A stretch of 64,000 nt of DNA from Lachnospiraceae bacterium UBA935 (GTDB lineage: Bacteria; Bacillota; Clostridia; Lachnospirales; Lachnospiraceae): contig DBDJ01000036.1 of the NCBI GenBank assembly GCA_002293525.1, positions 33,082-97,081 of the forward strand, in the 5' to 3' direction. The position numbers were made by a program, and so were the translations under genes. This document shows positions 53,772-63,243 of this stretch, piece by piece. A model generated the notes under the pieces. The model saw only the letters and a list, made by a program, of their open reading frames with translations, was not told the DNA's origin and did not search any database. The stretch's first letter is position 1, and each line of letters starts with the position of its first letter.

Positions 53772-54740
53772 TCAATCGTACTGTCTGGCTGAGATATTGT
53801 CGCATATGCCTTTTTCTTTTAAGACATGACACATCTTATCTACGATCCGGTCTGTATCGAAGGTGTAATCTTCCAGCGGGATCCAGATGACATCTTTCTC
53901 ACGTCGGAACCATGTCAGCTGGCGCTTGGCAAAGTGCCGGGTATCGCGCTTAATCCGGTTCACTGCCTCAGTTATGGAGATTTCTCCTTCCAGATAAGAG
54001 AAGATTTCTTTATATCCCAAGCCTTGCATGGAAACCATATCCTTGCCGCAACCTTGGTTTCTTAGCTTGATCACCTCATCTACAAGGCCGTCTGCTATCA
54101 TGCTATCCACGCGTTGATTGATTCTTTGATACAGTCGCACCCTGTCATCCTGAAGAACAAAATAGCCGAAATTATAAGGAGAAATCCGCTGGCGTTCCTC
54201 GCTGTTGTGCTGCGATATCCTGAGTCCGGTATCATGCCGGAACACCAAGGCTCTGATTATCCTCTTGCGGTTATTCTCATGAATGATCGCTGCCGATTCA
54301 GGATCGGCGTCTTTCAGCATGGCATGTAGATATGCATTTCCTCTTTCTTCTCCGAGGCGCTCCAATTCCTGGCGGTAAGAATCGTTGGGAGCCTTGTCGG
54401 TAAAGTTAATGTCATACAACAGGGCTTGGATATAAAATCCCGTACCGCCGGTAATAATCGGGATATTTCCTCTGTCAAAAATGCCTTCCAGACATTTTTT
54501 TGCCATTGACTGGAACGTAAATACATTGAAGTCTTCTTCCGGTTCCAGTATGTCAATCATGTGATGGGGAATACCTTGCATTTCTTCCGTAGATATTTTA
54601 GCCGTTCCGATATCCATATGCCGGTATACCTGCATAGAATCAGCCGAAACAATCTCTCCGCCAATACGTTTAGCCAGCAGTAAAGAAAGTGCTGTTTTAC
54701 CTACCGCCGTAGGACCGGTTACGATCACCAATGGCTTCAT
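53772..54740 (-). CDS. miaA: tRNA dimethylallyltransferase
   Basis: P-loop GPTAVGKT, SADSMQVY and GGTGFY motifs. Confidence 0.95.
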   Translation of the reverse strand: MKPLVIVTGPTAVGKTALSLLLAKRIGGEIVSADSMQVYRHMDIGTAKISTEEMQGIPHHMIDILEPEEDFNVFTFQSMAKKCLEGIFDRGNIPIITGGTGFYIQALLYDINFTDKAPNDSYRQELERLGEERGNAYLHAMLKDADPESAAIIHENNRKRIIRALVFRHDTGLRISQHNSEERQRISPYNFGYFVLQDDRVRLYQRINQRVDSMIADGLVDEVIKLRNQGCGKDMVSMQGLGYKEIFSYLEGEISITEAVNRIKRDTRHFAKRQLTWFRREKDVIWIPLEDYTFDTDRIVDKMCHVLKEKGICDNISARQYD

Positions 54741-54768
54741 GATATCTTAACTCCTATCTAGTTCGTTA

Positions 54769-56721
54769 TTATAGTACCCTTTTAAACTTCTTCTCAATTT
54801 CATAGCGGCTCATCGATATCATGGTCGGGCGGCCATGAGGGCAATGATAGGGATTCTCAAGTAAAAGCAATTCTTCGATGAGGCTCTCAAATTCTTGCTT
54901 TGAAAGTTTGGTATTGCCTTTTACGGCGGCTTTGCAGGCGGCCGAAGCCAGGTGGCTCTCCAGTAAAGCATCGCCTTTGCCATGTTCTGCCAGTTCATCT
55001 AATATATCATGGAAAAAGGCAGCTTCATGGCATCCATAAAGATCCAGCGGCACACTGCGCAGGGCATAAGAATCTTCCCCGAACGGCTCGATTTCGAATC
55101 CGAAGGACGCAAATAACGTCTCTTGTTCTTTCAGAAGGGACTCTTCTCTGCCGTTCAGCTGCAGAATGACCGGGGGACTGATCATCTGCGATGGCACGGT
55201 TTTCTTGGAGAGGTCTTTCATAAGTCTTTCGAACTTAACTTTTTCGTGGGCAGCATGCTGGTCAATAAATACCAGTCGCTCATGAAAGGCGATAAGCCAG
55301 TATGTGCCGAAGACCTGACCCAGGACTTCATATTGTGACCGGGCTTCTTTCGTCAGGAATTTATCGTCAAAGAAATTCATCTGGGCCGCTTCGACCAGAA
55401 TATGATTCTGAGCCTTGATGATATTGTCATGAATTTCATTAGTTGATGATTTTTTATTATGATATTGTGATTCGCTTCCCAAGACCTTGCTAATGCCTGA
55501 TTTTTGAATCTTTTCCTGCAAGTTTTCATATTTCCCCTGCATTCTCAAGGCATTATCTTGCAACTTGTATTCAGGTTCTTCATGAACCACCATATTTGCC
55601 ACGTTTTTCTGAGCTGCTTTGATCCGCTGAATCTCGAAAGGTTCCGGGGCTTTGGGGGGAAGTGTGGGGGCTTTTTTTTCGTTGACTAGTGTGGTCGAAG
55701 GAATGAGCTCTTTTTCGGCAAATGCGGCTTTGACATTTTCGGATAAAAAGTGGAGCATTTCCTTCTCTTGGGCAAATCTTATTTCCATCTTTGTCGGATG
55801 GACATTGATGTCCACCATATCGGTATCTATCGCGATCTGCAAGATGGCAAAAGGAAATTTGTGCTGCATTAAATATGGTTTATAGCCTTCCTCAAGTCCC
55901 TTCGAAAGGATGTCGCTTTTAACATACCTGCCGTTTACAAAGAAAAATTCATAGCTACGGTTGGCGCGGTTCAGTTCTGGCTTACCTAGGTAACCGGCGA
56001 TGTGAATCTTTCCGGAACCGGGGGAACCAGCCGGCCGGCTTGCTGGTTCAATCGGCAAAAGACTGTTCACGACGTCCCTTCCGTAGATACGATAAACGAC
56101 CTCCTTCAGATCATCGCGGCCGGAGGTGTGGAAACGTGTCTGTCCGTTATTGACAAACTTAAAAGAAATAGCGGGGCGTGACAATGCCATATGCTCCATC
56201 AGATCGGTGATGTAACTGCCTTCGGTAGGCGGCTGCTTTAGGAATTTCCGCCGTGCCGGGACATTGAAAAAAAGATTGCGGATCAGGAATGTCGTTCCGT
56301 TCGGCGCACCGATTTCTTCAAGCTGGGGCGGCCGGTCTCCCGACAGTGTGTAGCGGATGCCGGTCAGGCTATCGGCGGTTTTCGTAATCACTTCAACTTC
56401 TGAGACAGCCGCAATGCTGGAAAGTGCCTCACCGCGGAAGCCCAAGCTGCGGACGCTTGACAGGTCATCAGCAGACTGTATCTTGCTGGTGGCATGGCGC
56501 AAGAAGGCTTTGGCGATCTGGTCTTTTTCAATCCCGCACCCGTCATCTGTGACCCGGATCAAGGAGATTCCGCCTTCTTTGATTTCTACCGTGATGCGGG
56601 ATGCCCCTGCATCTATCGCGTTTTCCACCAGTTCTTTCACCACGCTGGCAGGCCGTTCTACGACTTCTCCCGCAGCGATCCGGTCAATTGTTGTCTGTTC
56701 CAATACATTAATCTGCGGCAT
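54769..56721 (-). CDS. mutL: DNA mismatch repair protein MutL
   Basis: GHKL ATPase motifs (VVKELVENAIDA, DDGCGI, GFRGEAL) and a C-terminal dimerisation/endonuclease domain (DQHAAHEK). Confidence 0.95.
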   Translation of the reverse strand: MPQINVLEQTTIDRIAAGEVVERPASVVKELVENAIDAGASRITVEIKEGGISLIRVTDDGCGIEKDQIAKAFLRHATSKIQSADDLSSVRSLGFRGEALSSIAAVSEVEVITKTADSLTGIRYTLSGDRPPQLEEIGAPNGTTFLIRNLFFNVPARRKFLKQPPTEGSYITDLMEHMALSRPAISFKFVNNGQTRFHTSGRDDLKEVVYRIYGRDVVNSLLPIEPASRPAGSPGSGKIHIAGYLGKPELNRANRSYEFFFVNGRYVKSDILSKGLEEGYKPYLMQHKFPFAILQIAIDTDMVDINVHPTKMEIRFAQEKEMLHFLSENVKAAFAEKELIPSTTLVNEKKAPTLPPKAPEPFEIQRIKAAQKNVANMVVHEEPEYKLQDNALRMQGKYENLQEKIQKSGISKVLGSESQYHNKKSSTNEIHDNIIKAQNHILVEAAQMNFFDDKFLTKEARSQYEVLGQVFGTYWLIAFHERLVFIDQHAAHEKVKFERLMKDLSKKTVPSQMISPPVILQLNGREESLLKEQETLFASFGFEIEPFGEDSYALRSVPLDLYGCHEAAFFHDILDELAEHGKGDALLESHLASAACKAAVKGNTKLSKQEFESLIEELLLLENPYHCPHGRPTMISMSRYEIEKKFKRVL

Positions 56722-56732
56722 GGTGTCTCCTT

Positions 56733-59432
56733 TTATTTCCAGCGGTTATTCAGCCGGTTCTGCAGTCGGTACAAAGTATTGAGGGCGTCAAGCGGGGTCA
56801 GGTTGGAAACATCAACCTGGCTCAGTTCTTTTAACACGTCTTCGTCGCTTACGGCGTCAAACAGGTACATTTGCGCAAGATCAACATCGTCGTAAGTGAT
56901 GGACTTTTTCTTTTCATGCTTGAGATCTACGGACAGGTCTTTCAGCTGTTCCATAATATTATTGTCACTTAGCTGGCCGGCTATTTCTTCAGCGCGGTCA
57001 ATTACCATGTCCGGTACGCCTGCCAGCCTGGCAACGTGGATGCCGTAACTGCGGTCGGCACCGCCTTTGATGATTTTACGCAAGAAAACGATGTCGTCTC
57101 CTTTTTCATGAACGGCAATGCAGAAATTGTTTACATTGTCAATTTTTCCTTCCAGTTCCGTCAGCTCATGATAATGGGTGGCAAACAAGGTTTTGGCACC
57201 CAGATACTTGCGGTTGCTGATATGCTCGATCACTGCCCAGGCGATGCTGAGGCCGTCAAAGGTCGAAGTGCCCCGGCCGATCTCGTCCAGGATCAGTAGG
57301 CTGTCTGCTGTGGCATTGCGCAGAATATTAGCCACTTCGTTCATTTCGATCATGAAGGTACTCTGGCCGCTGGCGAGGTCGTCGGAGGCTCCCACCCTGG
57401 TAAAGATCCGGTCCACGATGCCGATATCGGCTTTATCGGCCGGAACAAAGCTGCCGATCTGGGCCATCAGCACAATCAAGGCCGTCTGCCGCATGTAGGT
57501 GGATTTTCCCGCCATGTTGGGGCCGGTGATTACGGCAATGGCGTTTTTCTTATTATCCAGATGGGTATCGTTGGCAATGAACATCCCGCCTTCGATCATC
57601 TGCTCGACCACCGGGTGGCGGCCGTTTTTGATGTCAATACGGCCTTTATTATTTAATTCCGGGCGGACATAGCGGTTGCGCTCCGCCACATAGGATAAAG
57701 CTGTCAGGACGTCGAGGGCGGCGAGGCCTTTTGCCGTTCTTTGGATTCTTTCCATCTGTGCGGCAATCGAATCACGGATGGCACAGAAACTGTCATATTC
57801 CAGCCCATAGAGCTTGTCCTCGGCATTCAGTATCGTATCTTCCAGCTCTTTTAGGCGTGGCGTGGTGTAGCGTTCGGCATTGGCCAGGGTCTGTTTGCGG
57901 ATATAATCGTCCGGAACCATCGTAAGGTTTGAATTCGTGACTTCAAAATAATAACCGAAGACCTTATTGTATTTTACCTTCAGATTCTTGATCCCGGTTC
58001 GCTCCCGGTCTTCTGCTTCCAGCTGGGCCAGCCAGTTGCGTCCTTCTGTCTTGGCGTTTCGTAATTGATCGATGGTGCTGTCATAGCCCTCCTTAATGAT
58101 GCCGCCTTCTTTAACGGCAAGCGGCGGCTCTTCTACGACAGACTGTTCCAGCAAGCTTAGGATATCCTCCATGCCGTCGATTTCTGTTTGAATCCGTCCG
58201 AGAAGAAGGCCGGTGTCAAGGTCGGAAAGCACTGTTTTGATAGGCTGCAGCATCCTGAGGGAATTGCGGAAGGCAATCAGATCCCGGGGATTGACTGATT
58301 TGTAGCTGATTTTCCCCAGCAGCCGTTCCAGGTCATAGATCGGGCTCAGGTATTCCCTGAGCTCATCCCTGATCATGGTTTCCCGGCAAAAAGCTTCGAT
58401 TCCGTCCAGCCGTTCCTCCATCTGTTCCTTATCCAGCAGCGGCTGTTCCATATAAGAACGCAGCGTCCTGGCACCCATGGCTGTTTTCGTCTTGTCCAGC
58501 ACCCACAATAACGACCCTTTTTTCTGTTTTTCCCGGATGGTTTCGGTCAGCTCCAGGTTCCGCCTCGTCGAACTGTCCAAAAGCATATATGTCCCGGTCA
58601 GATAGGGATGCAGGCCGGTTATATGCTCCAGTGAAGTTTTCTGCGTCTCATATAGGTATTGCAGCAAAGCTCCGGCGGCCACCGTGCCGACCGGAAAATC
58701 ACTGAGTCCCAGTCCCTTTAGGCTATCGGTCTTAAAGTGTTTTCTTATGCACCGTTCGGAGTTTTCGTCATCAAAAAAATACTCTTCCAGAGTATGCACC
58801 ATAATGCCCAGCCGCTCCTGTAAATCGCTTACGGCAATTCCGCTGACCAGAAAAGCAGCATTGCTGATGATTTCCGTAGGCGTATATTTATGTATCTCGT
58901 CCAGCAGCTTTTTCCCGTCTTCTGCTTCCGTCACATAAAAGTCCCCGGTCGTAATATCCGTCAGGGCCAGCCCGGATTTTCCTTGAAAATAAGCTACACA
59001 GCAAAGATAATTGTTTCTGCTCTCATCCAGTGACTGAACATTCAGGTTCGTGCCTGCCGAAACGATCCTGACTACCTCGCGCTTGACCAGGCCTTTGGCA
59101 AGCCGGGGATCCTCAACCTGCTCACAGATAGCCACCTTATACCCCTTGGCTACCAATTTGGTCAAATACCCTTCGACGGCATGATAAGGCACTCCGCACA
59201 TCGGGGCTCGTTCCTCCAGCCCGCAGCTCTTGCCGGTAAGCGTGATGTTCAGTTCCTTGGAAGCGGTAAGCGCGTCTTCAAAAAACATCTCATAGAAATC
59301 CCCCAGCCGGTAGAACAGGATACAGTCGGGATATTCTTTTTTCGTATCTACATACTGCTGCATCATCGGCGTAAGCTCAGCCACGTTTCTCTCCTTGTTT
59401 TCCATCCTGAATTCATAGTTATGATACTTCAT
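56733..59432 (-). CDS. mutS: DNA mismatch repair protein MutS
   Basis: TPMMQQY, GDFYE mismatch-binding motif, Walker A GPNMAGKST, DEIGRGTS. The start codon is uncertain (59432 or 59405). Confidence 0.95.
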   Translation of the reverse strand: MKYHNYEFRMENKERNVAELTPMMQQYVDTKKEYPDCILFYRLGDFYEMFFEDALTASKELNITLTGKSCGLEERAPMCGVPYHAVEGYLTKLVAKGYKVAICEQVEDPRLAKGLVKREVVRIVSAGTNLNVQSLDESRNNYLCCVAYFQGKSGLALTDITTGDFYVTEAEDGKKLLDEIHKYTPTEIISNAAFLVSGIAVSDLQERLGIMVHTLEEYFFDDENSERCIRKHFKTDSLKGLGLSDFPVGTVAAGALLQYLYETQKTSLEHITGLHPYLTGTYMLLDSSTRRNLELTETIREKQKKGSLLWVLDKTKTAMGARTLRSYMEQPLLDKEQMEERLDGIEAFCRETMIRDELREYLSPIYDLERLLGKISYKSVNPRDLIAFRNSLRMLQPIKTVLSDLDTGLLLGRIQTEIDGMEDILSLLEQSVVEEPPLAVKEGGIIKEGYDSTIDQLRNAKTEGRNWLAQLEAEDRERTGIKNLKVKYNKVFGYYFEVTNSNLTMVPDDYIRKQTLANAERYTTPRLKELEDTILNAEDKLYGLEYDSFCAIRDSIAAQMERIQRTAKGLAALDVLTALSYVAERNRYVRPELNNKGRIDIKNGRHPVVEQMIEGGMFIANDTHLDNKKNAIAVITGPNMAGKSTYMRQTALIVLMAQIGSFVPADKADIGIVDRIFTRVGASDDLASGQSTFMIEMNEVANILRNATADSLLILDEIGRGTSTFDGLSIAWAVIEHISNRKYLGAKTLFATHYHELTELEGKIDNVNNFCIAVHEKGDDIVFLRKIIKGGADRSYGIHVARLAGVPDMVIDRAEEIAGQLSDNNIMEQLKDLSVDLKHEKKKSITYDDVDLAQMYLFDAVSDEDVLKELSQVDVSNLTPLDALNTLYRLQNRLNNRWK

Positions 59433-59438
59433 TGTGAT

Positions 59439-60911
59439 TTATTGTAGCATAACCCCGCTATAATAAAACCCATGACACTCTTTCAGCTCCACGGCAACGA
59501 TCTTTCCGATCAAGTCATGACCGCCATTAAAATGCACAATCATATTATTAGACAACCTGCCCGTCAGCAGCGAATCGTCCTGTTCATTTATTTCTTCCGC
59601 TAAAACCGGTAAAATCTTTCCCTGTAACCGGCCGGCCCTGAGCTTAGCCGTTTCCTGTACCGCCTTCAGCAACCGGTCAAAGCTGAGCTTTACCGCTTCT
59701 TTGGATACCTGTCCGTCCATAGCCGCCGCCGGAGTCCCGGTCCGCTTGGAATAAATAAAGGTAAAGGCATTTTCAAACTGTACCTCTTTCACTACAGCTA
59801 TCGTTTCCTCTACATCTTGCGGCGTCTCCCCCGGGAAGCCGACAATAATATCGGTGGTAATGGCAATGTCCGGCATCGTTTTACGGATCTTCCGGGCCAG
59901 CTCCAGATATTCTTCCTTGGTATAATGACGGTTCATCGCTTCTAAGATCGGTGTCGACCCGGACTGTAACGGCAGGTGAAGATGCCGGCAGATCTTTTTT
60001 GAATCTTTCATGACCTGAATCAGCTCATCGGACAGATCCTTCGGATGTGACGTCATAAACCGGATTCGTTCCAGTCCCTCAATTCCTTCTATCCTTCTTA
60101 ACAATTCCGGAAAAGTGACCGGCTCGCTTAAAGTTGTCCCATAAGAATTGACATTCTGCCCCAGCAGCATCACTTCTACGACACCGTCCTCCACCAGCCT
60201 GCGGATTTCCCGAATGATATCTTCCGGCTCGCGGCTGCGCTCCCGCCCTCTGACAAAAGGTACAATACAGTAGCTGCAGTAATTATCGCAGCCGAACATA
60301 ATATTGATCCCCGACTTAAACGGATACTTACGCTCCGCCGGCAGTTCCTCCACGATCTGGTCAGTCGCCTTCCAGATATCGATCACCATCCTCCCGCTTT
60401 CCAGCATCGTAAAAAGCAGTTCGGCAAACTTAAAGATATTATGGGTTCCGAAAACCAGATCAACAAAGCGGTAGCTAGTACGTATCTTCTCAATAACCGC
60501 ATCTTCCTGCATCATGCAGCCACATAGGACAATCTTCATCTGGGGATTCTTCTTTTTTAAGCTACCCAGCCGACCCAGCCGGCCGTATATCCGCTGGTTG
60601 GCATGATCACGCACCGTGCAGGTGTTGTAGATCACAAAATCCGCCGCTTCCTCCGCTGTCGTCCGGTATCCGGCCGCTTCCAGGATACCGGCCAGTTTCT
60701 CGGAATCCCGGGCATTCATCTGGCAGCCAAATGTCGTGGTACATGCAAAAAGCGGACGGCCCAGACGTTCGCTTTCCTTCTGTACGTATTCGCGGCATTT
60801 CGCCATAAAATAATACTGTCTTTCCGGCTCTTTTAGCGGCGGTTCATGAGCCGGGTCGATTGCATCAAGAAATTTGGTCATATCATCCTTCATTCTGACA
60901 TGTTGCTTCAT
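59439..60911 (-). CDS. miaB: tRNA-i6A37 methylthiotransferase MiaB
   Basis: UPF0004 cysteines (FGCQMN, NTC, CGC), radical SAM CDNYCSYC and a TRAM domain. Confidence 0.9.
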   Translation of the reverse strand: MKQHVRMKDDMTKFLDAIDPAHEPPLKEPERQYYFMAKCREYVQKESERLGRPLFACTTTFGCQMNARDSEKLAGILEAAGYRTTAEEAADFVIYNTCTVRDHANQRIYGRLGRLGSLKKKNPQMKIVLCGCMMQEDAVIEKIRTSYRFVDLVFGTHNIFKFAELLFTMLESGRMVIDIWKATDQIVEELPAERKYPFKSGINIMFGCDNYCSYCIVPFVRGRERSREPEDIIREIRRLVEDGVVEVMLLGQNVNSYGTTLSEPVTFPELLRRIEGIEGLERIRFMTSHPKDLSDELIQVMKDSKKICRHLHLPLQSGSTPILEAMNRHYTKEEYLELARKIRKTMPDIAITTDIIVGFPGETPQDVEETIAVVKEVQFENAFTFIYSKRTGTPAAAMDGQVSKEAVKLSFDRLLKAVQETAKLRAGRLQGKILPVLAEEINEQDDSLLTGRLSNNMIVHFNGGHDLIGKIVAVELKECHGFYYSGVMLQ

Positions 60912-61057
60912 TTTTGTATTTATTATAAAAGATTAGTCACGGGATTTCAACTTATTTCGAATGTGATATTCCGTAGATTTTCAATAGGATCAGCAGGGAT
61001 AATTCCGGTTCTGGCCGCAAATTGTTTTGCACTGTTTTAGAATAATATAATGACTCC

Positions 61058-61100
61058 GCCAGACAGAAAAATGCAAACACTTTCTGTCTGGCTTCTTGTT
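61058..61100 (+). terminator. Orphan terminator-like hairpin
   Basis: GCCAGACAGAAA pairs with TTTCTGTCTGGC, followed by TTCTTGTT on the + strand only. No + strand gene lies upstream. Confidence 0.4.
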
Positions 61101-61120
61101 GGAGTTTCAACTGATTATTA

Positions 61121-61243
61121 GGGAAACGCTGATGCAGCGTTTCCCGCGCCGGATTTATGGCACAAAGTGCCAGTTTCCCCTGTAAATCCGTGCGCATCCC
61201 GCGGAGCGTCTAAGGAAATACTGATGCATCAGTGTTTCCTTAG
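61121..61243 (+). repeat. ~122-nt multi-hairpin intergenic repeat element, copy 3
   Basis: 123 nt (one extra A). Lies between - strand genes miaB and GH25. Contains the micro-ORF 61132-61185. Confidence 0.9.
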
Positions 61244-61307
61244 GATCCCATTACGTTGACTCTTACGTAATGAGATTTAAGCTCAACAACAATCAATGTA
61301 ATATACG

Positions 61308-62306
61308 TTAATAAAACAACATCGCTGAAATACTATTATAACCCGCAATCCCGTCCGGTGCAAGCTGATATTTGTTCTGGAACGCAATCGTTTGTTCCCT
61401 GGTATCTCCGCCAAACAATCCGTCCACATCAACATGAAAACCCATTTCCATCAGACGTCCCTGCCACCAAGTGACCAGATTGCCGGTAGAATCAGTGATA
61501 TAACTGCTTCCTGACGGTTTCGCCATCAGGCACACCTGTTTACAGACAAACTGGGTCTTGGCTCCGTTTATTCCGTCCACTTGCAGCAACTGACCTTCAT
61601 AATCACGGAAGCCGTCATTATTCGCTGCTAATTGAAAATATTTAACATCCAATTGGCCTTTTTCCTTATCAGCCGGCTTGGGTTTCACATCGTTGAATTC
61701 CGTGTAAAACTCGTTAATATCTACATTTCCGTTAATGCCGTTAACCTTGCCGGTACTAGATTTCTGCCAGATGTCGGCAAGCTGCATCTCGCTGCTGTTC
61801 AGGCTGTTCGTATAGCGGGCATACCAGATGTAAACCTTTTCCGCAAAGTGATTCTTAATCTGCTCTATATCAAAATAATTGTCCATATAATCTTTATTCG
61901 TATAAAGTACCGGAATAAATCCGCCGTTTACCACGACTTCCAAAAATGCGATTGCCATATCCGTTGCCAGAGCCTTGGTAATTTCCACGCCGTTTTTTCT
62001 GGCATAGGAAACGGTGTCATATTCCAGGTCAAAGGCAACAGGACATTTGTCCCAGTATTTCCCGGCCGCTGCCAGCGCATATTGCCCCTCGGCTTTGGCC
62101 ATGGCTGTATTATATCCGTAGCTGAACCAGTATATCCCGCCGTTCAGCGCAACAGTACGGCAAGCCTCCGCATTGATGATATATTTCTGGTCGATATTAT
62201 TTTTTCCATAGCCGGCACGCATAAATAACCTGTTGTAACCTGCCGTTTTAACACTATGCATATTGACAATGCCATTATGCACAGAAATATCAATCCCTAA
62301 TTCCAT
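61308..62306 (-). CDS. GH25 muramidase with a C-terminal peptidoglycan-binding domain
   Basis: The N-terminus GIDISVHNG..FMRAGYG..GIYWF is GH25-like. The C-terminus GLFGGDTREQTIAFQNKYQLAPDGIAG is PG_binding_1-like. No signal peptide. Confidence 0.8.
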   Translation of the reverse strand: MELGIDISVHNGIVNMHSVKTAGYNRLFMRAGYGKNNIDQKYIINAEACRTVALNGGIYWFSYGYNTAMAKAEGQYALAAAGKYWDKCPVAFDLEYDTVSYARKNGVEITKALATDMAIAFLEVVVNGGFIPVLYTNKDYMDNYFDIEQIKNHFAEKVYIWYARYTNSLNSSEMQLADIWQKSSTGKVNGINGNVDINEFYTEFNDVKPKPADKEKGQLDVKYFQLAANNDGFRDYEGQLLQVDGINGAKTQFVCKQVCLMAKPSGSSYITDSTGNLVTWWQGRLMEMGFHVDVDGLFGGDTREQTIAFQNKYQLAPDGIAGYNSISAMLFY

Positions 62307-62470
62307 ATTTATTTCCCAGACTGCTTTGAAGAATTACTATTAATCTATGCTGTTAAGGGGATATTGTGCCAAAAAAAGTCTTATTCCTCCATATGGTAAA
62401 ACAAACAGGAGAAAAGCATATATGACTCGTAAGAATTAAAGATTGTACATATTGAACATAACTCAAATGC

Positions 62471-63205
62471 TTATTTTTTCATAGTAAGGAATTGTTTTAG
62501 CACATTTTTTTGACGATCTTCGCTGATACGAAGGAGATTTCCGTTTTCCATAAGTACAGTTTTGTGGTTCATACTTTCAATATAATCAAAATTTACCAGA
62601 AAAGACTGATGAATTCTGATAAATCGATAGTTGCTCGCATTAATCTGGTTCTCTACATCGGTCATTCTACTGTAAAAGCGATAATCCTTCTTAGATAAAA
62701 AATCGTGTTTTCCACTTTTCACATGAATATAGATCAATCGACTTTGACTTTCAAAGAAGTAGATTTTGGAGATTGGAATTTTCACGTATGTTTTATTAAA
62801 AGTATAGTAAAAATATTCATTCTTACTTTGGATTTTTTTAAATGCTAACATAAACACAGAGTAAAATACAGTAGTATTTATAGGCTTTTGCAGGAAGTTG
62901 AAGGGTTCTGTTTTAAATAATTTATGCAAGTAAAATTCGTGGCTGGATAGATAGATAATTAATACGTTAACATCTATATTTCGTATTATTTCCGCTGTTT
63001 TGATAACTTTTGAATTTTTTTGATCTATATTCATATAAATCATGTCAAAACATTTTCCCAGACTCATCATATTGATTAGAGTTCTGCTATCATAGAAAAT
63101 TTCATAATTTATCTTTATGTTCTGAGCCTTTTCTATATCAATGATAAGTCGTTCAATTAGGGATGAAGTTATTAAATCGCTGTCGCAAATCGCTATGTCT
63201 ATCAT
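62471..63205 (-). CDS. LytTR-family response-regulator-like DNA-binding protein (atypical receiver)
   Basis: N-terminal REC-like domain (IAICDSD, FLQKPI) and a C-terminal LytTR domain (IYFFES, FIRIHQSFLVN). Very AT-rich gene. Confidence 0.8.
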   Translation of the reverse strand: MIDIAICDSDLITSSLIERLIIDIEKAQNIKINYEIFYDSRTLINMMSLGKCFDMIYMNIDQKNSKVIKTAEIIRNIDVNVLIIYLSSHEFYLHKLFKTEPFNFLQKPINTTVFYSVFMLAFKKIQSKNEYFYYTFNKTYVKIPISKIYFFESQSRLIYIHVKSGKHDFLSKKDYRFYSRMTDVENQINASNYRFIRIHQSFLVNFDYIESMNHKTVLMENGNLLRISEDRQKNVLKQFLTMKK

Positions 63206-63243
63206 CAGAATTCCCCTTAAAAACTGTATTGATCATATGCACA

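Noticed and set aside
60952-61197. 81-aa - strand ORF overlapping element copy 3.
   Set aside because: The equivalent reverse frame in copy 1 is interrupted after 6 codons, and the flanking part lies in non-coding DNA. Judged an artefact of the repeat.
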